From assembly GCA_002633005.1 (NCBI GenBank), contig NMRA01000118.1, forward strand, positions 871,838 to 935,837: DNA of 64,000 nt, written 5' to 3'. The translations under genes and the position numbers were made by a program. The notes under the pieces are model-generated. The model was not told the DNA's origin. It saw only the letters and a program-made list of their open reading frames with translations, and made no database searches. This document shows, in pieces, positions 50,601 to 63,090 of this stretch. Position 1 is the stretch's first letter; each line of letters starts with the position of its first letter. Source of the stretch: Phoronis australis (lineage: Eukaryota; Animalia; Phoronida).

Positions 50601-53600
50601 ACAATCCCATTTTCTGTTGTGGATTTTAAGTCTGAGTGGCGTTATTAAGTGCCAGATTTCCGTTTTGAGACTGCGAATGATTTGTGACGGTCAGGTGAGT
50701 ACAACAGAGGATGTTTTTCATTTAAAATCCAGGCCCTTTTACGTCAAAATCTCATAATTTTAGACTCTAAACGGATACTAATGCCGAAACGTAAGAGTGG
50801 TCGTAAGTCTCCTTAAAAACTGAATGATTGGAAAATTGCAAATTTCTTCATTGTTTAACAAATCTGTTAAACGCCAAATAGGACTTGTGAAAACTAGTGT
50901 CTTCTTATGTTCGACATATTTTTCTCATACTCGTATACATGGTGTGTCTTAACACGGTTACTTCATGTACTTGCATGTGCAGTAATTGTATAGGATTCAG
51001 CATTTCTGCTTATTTGCATTTTCAGTCGCTAAACACCAAAGCTCTCTTTTTCGATATGATGAGAAATTTGCCAAGAAGAATTCCTGGAAACTGGGCTCAT
51101 TTCAAGGCTACGCTATCCGCTGTTCCTCTGCGTAAGAAACATTTGTTTCAACCACGAAATAATATCGATGCAACGTGATTTTCAAACCATCCGTTTTTGT
51201 CATTGTCTTGTCTCAGGAAAATTTACAGGCAATGGTTTTAATGAACTATTTGAAGTCAGACGCTGCTTGCAACTACATGTATCTTCAAATTCGTTGCGAA
51301 TTGAAACTGTCCTTTCAAAAGTTGTAAAGAACATATGTTTTTTTAAACACGAATGTTAGGCAGGGTGATACTAAGTTCATCTATGCACAGTGATGCCGTT
51401 CGCGTGTTTTAATGTCCTACAACTAAATGTTTGTTTAACTCACTGACTAGTACTTGATTTGACACGTTCCGAGGGATCAACTATACCTCAAAATACGGAC
51501 TGAGTTCGACTTGATGTAATACCGTGCTGGCATGTCGTGCAGACTTGTGATGGACATCACCCTATTTCTAGGAACTGCGCGAAAGGTCTTGTTTGAGACC
51601 AGTTACGACATATCCGCCGAATTAAATCCCTTAAAGATATCACGAAATTTCAGACAGTTTGATGGAAACCTGTGGCTTATTTTAACCTTATCGAACACTT
51701 TTTTGGTTTTCTCTCGGGGAAAACCTCAATTAGAACCATAATGCATTCTGACGTTGTCAGAGGGTGCAGCGCCCTCTATATCATCAACAGCTTCATTACT
51801 TTGTAGTACACTGGAACTTTTGTTCCTTGCAGTATGATCGAGAAGATCAGAGATGATCCCCTGGTGCGCTATGTTGAACAGAACCAGGTGTATAAGGCAA
51901 ACCAAGCAAGGTGTAAACAACAGAGAGAAGCCACGTGGGTAAGGTTCGACCATATTGTTTCTACAATCTGTGTTTCGCCATGGGCGCGCACATGTGTAGG
52001 TCTATACGTCTGATGAGCTATTGTTACCGCGAGACATGGCTAGCGTTCAGTAACCATAGGACCTCGCTAAAGAGCAAGACTTCGCGAGATTACGAGAGAT
52101 ATTACCATGTATTTGGAATGAAAACACGTGATTTTGGCTAAATTTTAACGAGGTCCCAACGTAGGTCCTAGGGCTACTGAACTCAAAACCCGATGTAGCA
52201 CCAGCAGAGCACATAGCGGGCCCGTGCCATACTTGTACGTTAGCAACTTGAATCCGTCATACGGGCTCCTTGCTCTGTGGATTGGTCCGTATGGTCCATT
52301 TAAATAGGCAGGTAGGAAACTGAGGAACATGGAGTCTTTTATACTGGCATAGACTTTGAAGACACGTGACTGTAATATTCGTGGTTGACCGCTTTAGGAA
52401 AATGTCCTCAGCTTACAAGGGTTCTTCGAAACATACGTTATCGTCGTAAATAAGTAATACATGCGATTTGTACACCATCGATTGCATCAACAGCAATGTC
52501 TACACATACTGAGTAATTATTCTGCTTCAATAGCACAAACACCTACACTGTAATGTATCATTTCGTATACAACTTTTGCGTTCCTTGTCTGCACGATCCA
52601 ATTGTTTTGAACGATTTCGAAACGATTTTTAGTTCGAAACTACTTATCGGAGCACACTTCTACACACTCTGCGATCGAAGTGTAAACGCAAGCTACTGTA
52701 TGTTAGGTTTCATTTAGAGATTCCGTCGACTTTTTAATGGCAAAACAGTCTTCTGACACCAACCTTCAAAGTACCTGATGTCAGAGTTCACGTGTAGTTG
52801 AGAAAGTTGTTCGATAGAGGCGTTATCTACGAGTAAAATGCGACTTCCATACGACGTCATTTGGCATGAGACAGGAGTCAGTCGAAAACATATCGACAAA
52901 ATGGACTGAAAAGTATTCCCGATACAAATTAAGAGGGCTCCAAAACTCGTTTATCTTATGCGTTTGACTTTTCTTAAATTTTCAGGGAATTGTTCGAACA
53001 AACGAGCGACAACTCAATCTTGACGGGTTATATGACTACAAAGGTAAGCCTTGGAAGAGTGTTGCAAATCTAATGACGGTGTGTTTTGTTAGAACTCTTG
53101 TAATAACAACGTTGGTAACAACAGCTTCAGTTGACAACGTTAGCGATAAAAAAGTTGATGTCGTTTGAAAGTGTAAGTGGTGCTTTATTGTTTCAGCAAC
53201 CGCCGGCGAGGGCGTGGACGTATATGTGATTGACACGTAAGTTGAAACTGATTGTGCGACAGAATCCCGCCCTAAAATATTGGCCTTTGGGACTTTGCGT
53301 AGGCTCTACAGCTACACATGTCAGGCCAAGACTTTCTACAGAAGACATTGTGGACGGAAATGCTAAACCAATAGAGAAGTCAAATCTGGAGCAGATTAAA
53401 GAGACATGTACCGCGAAATTCGTAAAATAATATCCTTTAAAACAGAATGTGGCGAATCTATTACTTGAGGATGTTAACGTGAGACTTCACTTTAAATTGG
53501 CAGATTTCTAGAAAAAAATCATGAGATTGACTGATTTTGAAACACCAACGAAATATTAACTCTTTCATCTAACTACAGTTTTCAAATTCTCCACCCCTAA

Positions 53601-56600
53601 TATTACATATGTGCGTTTGCGCTCAAAGGTCATATTTTCCATATTAGGGAAATATGCTACATCTTTGCCTTGCCATACCAAATAAGAAGAGTTAGCTTGC
53701 TTTGTAGCAAAAATTCGACGAAGTGACGACAGATCGTTTTCTTATTAATTTGAAGCTAAATGAAAATGTTTAGACACCAACAGAAATGATTAAGAACAAA
53801 CCGTAAAAATATCTGGTGAATAGTTTGATTTCTGTTTCGGTGGAGAGAACCAATTTGAATAACACAGTTATTTTCTTTTTCGCGTTCTATGTCTCTTTGC
53901 ATTATTCGGACGTGGAACTTACTTCAGTTTTTTCAACGTTTTTACACCGTATTGGGAAAATCGAAACAACTTGTGACCATTCCGTCAGGGAAGCACTGCT
54001 TTTATATCACAGCTAGTGATCATGTTTACAGGCGTTTCATAATCATAATTTTTGCAATATTTATATTTTGGCTCATCATCATTTAATTGGCTTTTCTGGA
54101 TTGTGTTCAGTGGCGGATCTACCTTTTCAGTACGGGGGGGTTTAGAATTCCCGCAAAGGTCGATTCCTAGGCGCGTGTCGCCGAGCGGGGGGAAGGGTTN
54201 ACGTTTTTACACCGTATTGGGAAAATCGAAACAACTTGTGACCATTCCGTCAGGGAAGCACTGCTTTTATATCACATCTAGTGATCATGTTTACAGGCGT
54301 TTCATAATCATAATTTCTGCAATATTTATATTTTGGCTCATCATCATTTAATTGGCTTTTCTGGATTGTGTTCAGTGGCGGATCTACCTTTTCAGTACGG
54401 GGGGGTTTAGAATTCCCGCAAAGGTCGATTCCTAGGCGCGTGTCGCCGAGCGGGGGGAAGGTTCCCCCCTCCGTGTAAAACATTTTTTTTGTTTTTATAG
54501 CCAAATAGTGAAATTTCCATGCATCCTGGTAAGTTTCTGGCACTTAACATGTCTATGGAGTTTTTCTTAAGATAATTTAAAACCCTTCTCGATTTCGTCA
54601 CATGAACTTGGTTCATACGTTTCGTGAAACCACATTCTGCACATCTGGGTATGAGTCACGCCACCAGCAAAAATTTTTGTTGGGACATCTGCTTACACAC
54701 ACCACCTTTTTAGCATACGAAAAGTGTGGTGTGTATACAGGGGCTTAGACAACTTCCAAATATTCAAGAGCATAAGGAACACCGACGGGGCTTAAAAACC
54801 TGAATATCAGATGATCGCGTAACAACAGCCTCAAGTTGTTTAAGAACGAAGACCTGTACTCTTAGTCTGGAAATAAACATGTGTTCTGTCTCGTTACGAG
54901 AAAAACTGGCGAACGATGGTGCTCTCAGCTCATAGTCTATTATTAAAAGCGACAATAAATAATTAAGTATCACTTTATTAAGCTGAATCACGATGACAAC
55001 AATTGAAAAACGTCAAATGTATCAGGAAACAAATCATCTGAAAACAGGTTCACGAAACCAAAACATCCTGTGCACAGTGGTGAAAAGATATACTGGACCA
55101 GCTTGCAGAGGGACCAGATGTACACTGAGTACACAAAACGGCTGACCTGGTCCGTCACGAGACCAACAGTACACCTGTGCTTATTATCCCTATAAAAATA
55201 GTCGATCTGTCGCGGGACCTAACAGTACTGACTGAGATAAATAGTTTTACAAAGCACACTTTGGTAAAAAAAATCACAAGACTAGTTTGCCGATGGACCA
55301 GAAGTAAATTGAAACTCAATATCTATACAAATCAAGCTGGCCTGGTCCGTCGCGAGACCTAAAGTGTACTATGCAAAAAATTTGAATTGAAAACTTCTCC
55401 CTAGACTCTTTTTAATCCCCAGTGGTTACTCATACGTTAGTCCTATCCTTCTGTTGTCTAGACTGGTTAGGAATCTGTATATCGGATCCAATGGTTTGCT
55501 CGTCTTGGAACCATTCTACCCAGATATCTTCGATGTTTGTTCCCAACGCTTGCACTTCGTCAACTGCTGTGTCAATGAGCTTGTAAGCCTCTACAATGTC
55601 AGCATCTCGTTTCGCAGCTCAGTTGGCACTAAGACCCTTGAGGTTGCCAAGTACATTCAAAAGACTTTCATGCGCAACTAAATTTGATCTGTTCAAACCT
55701 TGACGATATATCCCAGGACCTATTTGCATCTCTTGCAATTTTCGAAATGAACGTTCCAATGTCTGAACGCTTGAAACCCGAAATACTAAAATCAAATAAA
55801 TGCCCATGGGCATGAGCGTTTCATCGGGTGGGCCTTTGTTAGGAAATTCCCAGTATAGAAGACGGTAGTGCGCTTATTTCAAGTAAAAAGACGGTAGCTG
55901 TTGAGGTCGGAACTAGGGCTCCTTAGAAAGCCTATTGAACATCGCACGAGTCACGCAAGACTTTGTTGTGAAAGAGCAGCCTCCTCGCAATTTCTGGTAC
56001 TGTACACTGTTCGCGAATGCGGTCACTTTTTCAGTATGAGTGCCCCCTTGGTCATTCCTTGTATAGACATAACTTGTTAGAGTGTATCATCAAACTCACT
56101 CTCGACCAGACCACGGCGTCCGCCACAATAGCATTTCTTCGGAAAAGAATTTTTTTCAAAAATATTACATGTACATGTACACCGTATGATATTGCGCAAA
56201 ACAACTTTACTATACACCAGTCAAATTCGAGTTACAAACGTGTGGAGTGTAATAGAATGACACGGCATGACAGATGAGGTAAAAACCTTTCGCGTCAATT
56301 CGCCTGAATATCAGGGTTGCGGCACCACAGTATATCCGCTAATCAAATCAAAACATATCTTAGAATAAAGAAGCTAGTTACTTAAAGAAATCAACTATAG
56401 AACTGCTCTTTCAGCGGTGGTTCCATCTGAAATGCTTGGCTACTTCAGAAATGTCGACGGAAGCGCGCGCACAATTGATCTCCGGCGTTTTGCCGATGAG
56501 CCATGAAGACTCAGCAACTCACAATGCAAAAAAATTGATTTTCAGAGTGAACCTCCCCCCTCAATTTGGTTTACTTGGAGTTTACACACGCTGGNTCGTA

Positions 56601-59600
56601 ATTATTCCTAATTCTATTTTAGAGGGGTCTATCTTGAACACGTTGAGTTCGGAGGACGGGCAGCGTGGGTAAGAGCATGGCCGAAATCCTGTCAGATACA
56701 CTGTACTAAACATATGTGACCCGTTCTGTGCCAACGCGTTGCGTTTCTGATTATCCTTCTCCTTATCTTCCACCCTTGTCGTTTTATTCTTCTGCTGGTC
56801 TGTTCTTCCTCTTTGTCTTCTTCATATTCCTCTTATGTTTTTCTTCTCGTTTCATTTTCATTGTTTAGCTCTACTTCTAATACACGCAGCTGCCTCTAGA
56901 CGAATACACCGAGTCGTTGACGCTATCAAATCCGGACGTGCTTTATGCACGGGTTGGCCGCATGAATTCGATGTCCAGTAGGTCATATTGTAAATTGTCG
57001 TAGCAATCTTTAGCCTGGTTTTGTCTCAATGCGGGGACATATTAGAATTTACGTTGAACCCAGACTGTACCTGAATGTTTCTAAACACGGCGATAAAATT
57101 GTTTTTTTTTGTTGATATTTTAATAGCTACGTGAATGAGCAAACGAATTTTGATTTAAAAATGTCTCCGTAATGTGCGAATTTTCTTTTCAGGGAATTGA
57201 CACCGTCGATACGCCATCACCTCAAAGTGACCTTAACGGGCACGGCACCCATGTAGCTGGCACCATAGCTGGTTCCAACTACGGATTGGCCAAGTCAGCG
57301 TCCATTATTGCCGTCCGCGTGTTGGACGCAGGGGGTTCTGGACTCACAAGGTAATTTCCACGAAGCTTGCTTGTTACTGTATGTACCTAGGTTAACCTGA
57401 GATCGATAATTTAAGAAAGCGATCTCAGAAACACATCAGTAAGCGTACACCTAACTTCGAAATATAGATAATCCAGTAGTTTTACTTGTGAAATTAGAGT
57501 CATGCCAGTTCTACGCTGGACAATTCTCCGTTTTACGGACAGAGAGCAAAAAATATTATGTACGTCCTCATTTGTGAGAAATGTCCCAACCCCGGCAGAC
57601 GAAATACACATGTTCCACTCCACAAGTGGCAAGAAGAGAATTAGGTACTTGCACGATGCTCACACGTACATTGTATGGCAAAACTACTCTCGAGTTTCAG
57701 TGAATTTACGCATCGCTAGTGTTTTGCGGGTTTTCTGGAGATTAATACTGACTTAAACTACAATGCCCACAGCTGAAGTGATCGGTTAGATATGCCGGAA
57801 TTGTAAACCCTTTGCGATAAAACTTAAAAATTAGATTCCATATACCAAGAAGTGCATCTCGTTTGCTCAGCGTTACGGAAAGCGCCTTGGGTTATGAGTT
57901 GAAGATGTCACCGCCACAGTTTGATTGTGGATTTTTCAAATGCAATACATGTACCAGTAGACATGAAGCAAGAAAAAAAACAGTGCATGTTCCTATCTGC
58001 ACATCTAATTTTAATCGCTGGCCAAAATCAAACGATTAGCTATGGTTCTAATCACGCAGGCGATAAAGAACCATTTATTTCTATTTTGCCGAAGAATTAT
58101 TTTTCTTTGTCTAAAACCAAAAGCAGTAGTTTTAAAATGTCATTACTGTGAAGCGACGAAATTCGACGAGGTTTCAAAGCCTAAAACGGCGACAAAAATC
58201 CATTTCTTTTCGACTAGAACACGGAAAATTCTCAACGCAATCTCGGCAGGTGTGTGCACGTTGTCGAAACTGCGACATGTTTCCATTTATAAAAAACAAA
58301 AACAAACAGCTGCAAGGCGCTATAACGTCACTGTAAACTCCGACAAATGTTCAACAAAATTGATATTTAGTTGCAACTAAAGTATGTCTTGATTAATTTG
58401 CCAAGTGCAGTAGGTCTGGAAAGAAGTTCGTCCAAGCTGGTTGACGTGTGCCTCCTTAATTTCGTGTATTTTTGTAGCAAAGTTGAACGAGCCCAAAAAG
58501 TGGAAGTGAAAATATAAAATATTATACTTAGATGCACCGTCCTACAAAAATAAAAAATACCGCCCATCTCATTTCGCAACTGTGACGAAAACGCGAGGGA
58601 AAATATTGGATGAAATGAGTAAGCCAAAAATCACCGAAATTGTGTTTTGACCCATGTTATCAAAGGAGACAAATGTCTGGGTATTCCTTCTATTGTAGCG
58701 GTGTGGTCGAAGGCATGACATGGACCGCAAATGCACACTCGAAAAAGAAGAATGCAAAGTCTGTTGCCAAGTAAGAATTTTATTTGAAGTTGTTCTCGTT
58801 ATTATCATTTAAATAACTCTCTCCATGTCAAGAAGTGTACTATGACACTTACCTCAAAACCCAACTACTGCCTTATGGTTTGGTAAGTGGCCCAATTGCG
58901 TTGCACACCCAGCGAATTAATGACGAACACGCATGTAATATGGCAACAACATGCAAACGTTTTCAGTTGTAAAAGTCACATTTCTTGCCCTATTTTCGAA
59001 ATTCAAAGAGCTGATCACCTGTACTTTTCACAAGCTATTCAATTATGCTACTTAAATATTTTAAAAACGAAAATTGAAAAAAAACATACTACTGTCGCCC
59101 CTAGTAATGGGTTTGATTATCTAGAGAACGATAACATCGGCAGCCTAAGGCAGTGTAGTTAACTCTAACAACATGGTGTCTGTGATCAATGCCGGCAGAT
59201 TTCGAGGTACGCAAACCGGTCGAGTTGTAAAATCTCAACCAGTGAAAGTGCCAACGTAGGATTTTTTTCGCGTTAGTTTCCACTTTCAAATCCCAACGAA
59301 ATCAATACACGAATACCCTTTCATAGGAGACTAATGTAGCTTTTGTGCAATCACGTGATCGTCACTCCTGTTTTCAGTATGTCGCTAGGCGGCGGGAAAT
59401 CGACCGCTATGGAGGAAGCCATCAAGGAAGGTGTCACTGCGGTAGGTGTCCATCACGTAGAAATTCGCGAAACTGTATTCGCTCTCCTCTACGAGACTTC
59501 AACTGGTCGTTATCAATTTCCATGCAATCGGTTTTACGAGAAAATTCCGCGACATATAAATGCATCACTTGTTGAGGGAGTTATCGAGAAATGAGAAATA

Positions 59601-62600
59601 TCAATTCCCTTCATAATTAATATAGTTGTTAGGAAGGTGAAAATGGAGGTAAAGAAGCTGGCTATAGGTCAAATGCACGGTCCGTAGGAAGGTATGAATA
59701 GCCGTGGGGTACGTGTCCCCCATTTTCTCATTTTTACTAATATTTCTCTCGTACAATAGGAATGTTCTTGAATGAGATTAGTTCCTTGGACTCACGTTTT
59801 GGCGGGTCATGTCAACGCAGCTATTTTCAGTTGAAGCCTTTTACGATAGGGTATTTTACGTTTTAATAGTCCATTCCACGTAACGAGTCTCATTGACATC
59901 ATGTGGGGATGAGGGAAACCGGCCAGAGTTGGATATTACCACATTTGAGTGGTTGCGAGGAATACCCCGACGGACATGAAAAATATCACCGAAACATATC
60001 GAATTTCCCTCTGACGAATTAATCTGCAGTTAGCGCATGGTTTTGAAGAGGCCTATTGTGAAATCGTTCATTCAATTATTCCGATTAGAGTTGGTACCTG
60101 AGCAAAGTTGCAAAAACACATTCAAAGGGCATAGGCACACTTCGGGATGCCCAGGGCGACTGAACCCCCTGACGGACGCGACTAGAACTGAGCATACCGT
60201 TTTTAGGCCGGCAGTGTGGAGTAACCATTTCACACGTGTCTTAGTATAGACCATAGACTTATTTGTCCGTTTAATTGCGTTTTCAAAATTGTAATACATT
60301 ATTCGATATAAACATGTCGATATAAACCATCAAAACTGGTTAAAGTTAACTAATAACATTTTGACAGGGTGTTGTCTTTGTGGTGGCATCAGGCAACTCC
60401 GGTTATGACGCGTGCCAGTATTCTCCAGCCAGTGCACCCGAAGCGTAAGTCATGAATTCTCATTTTTCGTGTGTTTGTAAGATGAGACATTAAGCATCGG
60501 TTTTATTGTAGTTGGAGTTAAAAGTTCCATTGTCGACCTTTTAACATAAATCCTTTTGAAAATCCCAAATTTACAAAAATATACAGTCGTAGTGTTTACA
60601 ATTGTACATACCGCCTTTTCTCGAATGCGTTCCAGCCGCCCGCTGTTTGAAGCCCTTTATTGGCGAATTTCGATCAAACACTACAGGTCTGCATGGGAAA
60701 TTCTCACCATATCCTAATTAAAACAAGAAGTCGAGAACCTATGACAATTTTGGGTAACAACTTGGCAGAATGGACAAGTATTATTTTTACTCAACATCCG
60801 GGTTCCGCAATCTTCAAATTTTGGCCAAAACTTGATACCAATTTAGTTGCTCCATAGTGTCATTTTAGGCTTGAACATTTGCCAAAGCCTTCAACACTCG
60901 AAATTTTACTTTAAGGCAATGACACTGTAAAGCTTAAAAATTTTTAGCTCATTAAAATTCCTGTACAATCTTGAATTTCAGTATTACAGTGTCATGTAGT
61001 GATAACAAGGATGAATTCTGCTACTTCTCCAACTACGGTAAATGTGTAGACATCAACGCCCCTGGCATGGACATTGAGTCTGCCTGGATTGGTGGCAAGT
61101 ACGCAAACAACATCATCTCTGGCACATCCATGTCGTCACCGCATGTGGTAAGTGATTGACCCGGGCTACGTTCTGTAGACGCAAAACACTCGTGAGAAAA
61201 GCTAGTGCCATCCCATGCTTCACTCCTATGGCATCAGGAGGACATTGCCTGATAATGTCTTTTTGGTGTCATGGAGATGGCTCGCGGATACTGGGGTGAT
61301 CCTGTGTTTTGGTGAATTTCTGACGTCCACGGACGTCAACTTTGATCATGTTCTTTGTCAGAACCTGTCATCATGTACAATTTCCGAGAATGATCTATTA
61401 TTGCCCGAAGTTGACGAAATGACGGGTGATGGTTTGGGCACCGTTACATATACTTGGGACATGCTGTTTCACTTAAATACGAGTATCGATTATTTTGATT
61501 ATAATATTGCAAGTCACAAAAGTCGAGTCGTGATATCAGGCGCATTCAGTAAGTTTTGATTTCTTACGTCTTAGGTGTGGGCGGAGAGAAGTTGTTGGTA
61601 TCATCGTAATTCTTATTTCACCTTACCTTGAAGTAGTCTGTTTATGGCCGCTGTTATAACGCTCAATGTAACCTAAGTCGGCGTCAAACCCGAGCTTTAC
61701 GTCAAAAAATTCCCTTTAGACCACCAACCACTATGAATGTGGTCTCAAGTTGTTCAAATTGGGGTTGATATCAGGGTATCAAAAGGACTGACTGTTGGTT
61801 ATTGGGCGAGACCAACTAGAATTCGTAAATGGACTGAAAGTTGATTATTGGCCGAAACCAACTAGAGCTCGTAAATGGACTGAAAGTTGATTATTGGCCG
61901 AGACCAACTAGAGCTCGTAAATGGACTGAAAGTTGATTATTGGCCGAAACCAACTAGAGCTCGTAAATGAACTAACAGTTGATTATTGACTGAGACCAAC
62001 TAGAGCTCGTAAAGGGTCTGACAGTTGGTTATTGACAGAGACCAACTAGAGCTCGTAAATGGATTGCCAGTTGGTTATTGACCGAAACCAATTAGAGCTC
62101 GTAAATGGACTGCCAGTTGGTTATTGACCGAGACCAACTAGAGCTCGTAAATGGACTGAGAGTTGGTAATTGACTGAGACCAACTAAAGCTCGTAAATGG
62201 CCTGCCAATTGGTAATTGAGTGAGACCAACTTGGAGTCGTAAATGGACTGACAGTTGGTGATTGACCGAGACCAACTAGAGCTCGTAAATGGACTGCCAG
62301 TTGGTTATTGACCGAGACCAACTAGAGCTCGTAAATGGACTGCCAATTGGTTATTGACCGTGACCAACTAGAGCTCGTAAATGGACTGACAGCTGGTTAT
62401 TGACTGAGACAAACTAGAGCTCGCAAATGGACTGACAGCTGGTTATTTACCGAGACCTGTTAGAGCTCGTAAATGGGCTGACAGTTGGTTATTGACTGAG
62501 ACCAACTTGAGCTCATAAATGGACTGACATTTGGTTATTGACTGAGACCAATTAGAGCTCGTACAATGTAAATGGACTGCCAGTTGGATACAGAGACTAG

Positions 62601-62847
62601 AGATAACTTTTTAACCCAGAAAAGAACGAGAAAAGACCAATGTAGAAACGGTACATTGTAAGTGGCCTAAATCAAAAGTTTGTTTGACAGAAAACACAGG
62701 TTTAACGCCGCTATAAATACTCAGTACCGACATTTGCTGTTGATCATATTTAATTTGTCTCCTACAGGCAGGTGTCGCTGCAAAACTTATGAGTGAGGCA
62801 ACCACGGTCATGTCTCCCAAAGAAGTGGAAGCGGAGCTGGTGAAAAC
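47628..62847 (+). CDS. Subtilisin-like serine protease, S8A proteinase K/aqualysin type, with signal peptide and I9 prodomain; 13 exons, 371 codons, 3'-partial
   Basis: Exons 47628-47685, 48200-48283, 51026-51131, 51833-51938, 52986-53043, 53197-53236, 56623-56668, 57193-57350, 58699-58770, 59378-59441, 60368-60444, 60982-61147, 62768-62847 join in frame. Motifs: signal [18 protein letters not shown]; I9 [22 protein letters not shown]; ATWG; [12 protein letters not shown] (Asp); [12 protein letters not shown] (His); NMSLGG; VASGN (oxyanion Asn); [14 protein letters not shown]; [12 protein letters not shown] (Ser). Confidence 0.96.
48200..48283 (+). CDS. Subtilase exon 2 (I9 prodomain start)
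   Basis: ttttaag|(A)[27 protein letters not shown]|GTAAG. Confidence 0.88.
51026..51131 (+). CDS. Subtilase exon 3 (prodomain)
   Basis: ttttcag|(V)[34 protein letters not shown]|GTAAG; phase 1/2. Confidence 0.85.
51833..51938 (+). CDS. Subtilase exon 4 (prodomain end/mature start)
   Basis: [35 protein letters not shown]. Confidence 0.92.
52986..53043 (+). CDS. Subtilase exon 5
   Basis: [19 protein letters not shown] (equivalent of WGLDRIDQ..LDGxY). Confidence 0.9.
53197..53236 (+). CDS. Subtilase exon 6 (catalytic Asp, 40 nt)
   Basis: [13 protein letters not shown]. Confidence 0.95.
54373..54787 (+). mobile_element. ~415-bp dispersed repeat, same family as 46716-47131
   Basis: See the partner copy; lies in subtilase intron 6. 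Confidence 0.8.
56623..56668 (+). CDS. Subtilase exon 7
   Basis: [15 protein letters not shown]. Confidence 0.93.
57193..57350 (+). CDS. Subtilase exon 8 (catalytic His)
   Basis: [38 protein letters not shown]. Confidence 0.97.
58699..58770 (+). CDS. Subtilase exon 9
   Basis: (S)[23 protein letters not shown](N); phase 2/2. Confidence 0.92.
59378..59441 (+). CDS. Subtilase exon 10
   Basis: [21 protein letters not shown]. Confidence 0.95.
60368..60444 (+). CDS. Subtilase exon 11 (oxyanion Asn)
   Basis: [25 protein letters not shown]. Confidence 0.96.
60982..61147 (+). CDS. Subtilase exon 12 (catalytic Ser)
   Basis: [32 protein letters not shown]. Confidence 0.97.
61785..62588. repeat. 46-bp minisatellite, ~17 copies, in subtilase intron 12
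   Basis: Unit gagaccaactagagctcgtaaatggactgacagttggttattgacc repeated head-to-tail with point variants. Confidence 0.97.
62768..62847 (+). CDS. Subtilase exon 13
   Basis: cctacag|[28 protein letters not shown]|GTAAG donor; no stop, so more exon(s) must follow. Confidence 0.93.
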
Positions 62848-63090
62848 GTAAGTTTGTTGTCTCTTAGTCGTCACCGTTTTGTTGATGTCGTTGTATTAAT
62901 AATACAAAATATGACACAATACATCCGTGTACATTTTTCGTCATTAAGGTAGGTGGATACACAAAAAAATTAATTTTGACTGTTTTTTACATTTTCATAT
63001 CATCCTAATCTTTAATTCTTGATGCACAGTATACTAGAGAAAAATAAAATCATTCTGAAAATCCAAAGTTGTTTTTTTAGCTATATTTGA

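Noticed and set aside
50476-50757. [10 protein letters not shown] as an alternative I9 prodomain exon
   Set aside because: No phase-compatible splice sites found; exon 51026-51131 already supplies this motif.
53936-54463. ~263-bp tandem duplication
   Set aside because: The two near-identical copies are separated exactly by a single N (54200), typical of an unmerged contig overlap.
61785-62588. Regularly spaced, partly palindromic repeats resembling a CRISPR array
   Set aside because: The whole 46-bp unit repeats with no unique spacers, there are no cas genes, and it sits in a eukaryotic intron.
47628-62847. Bacterial or fungal contamination, or recent horizontal transfer of the protease
   Set aside because: At least 12 canonical spliceosomal introns containing repeats shared with the rest of the window.
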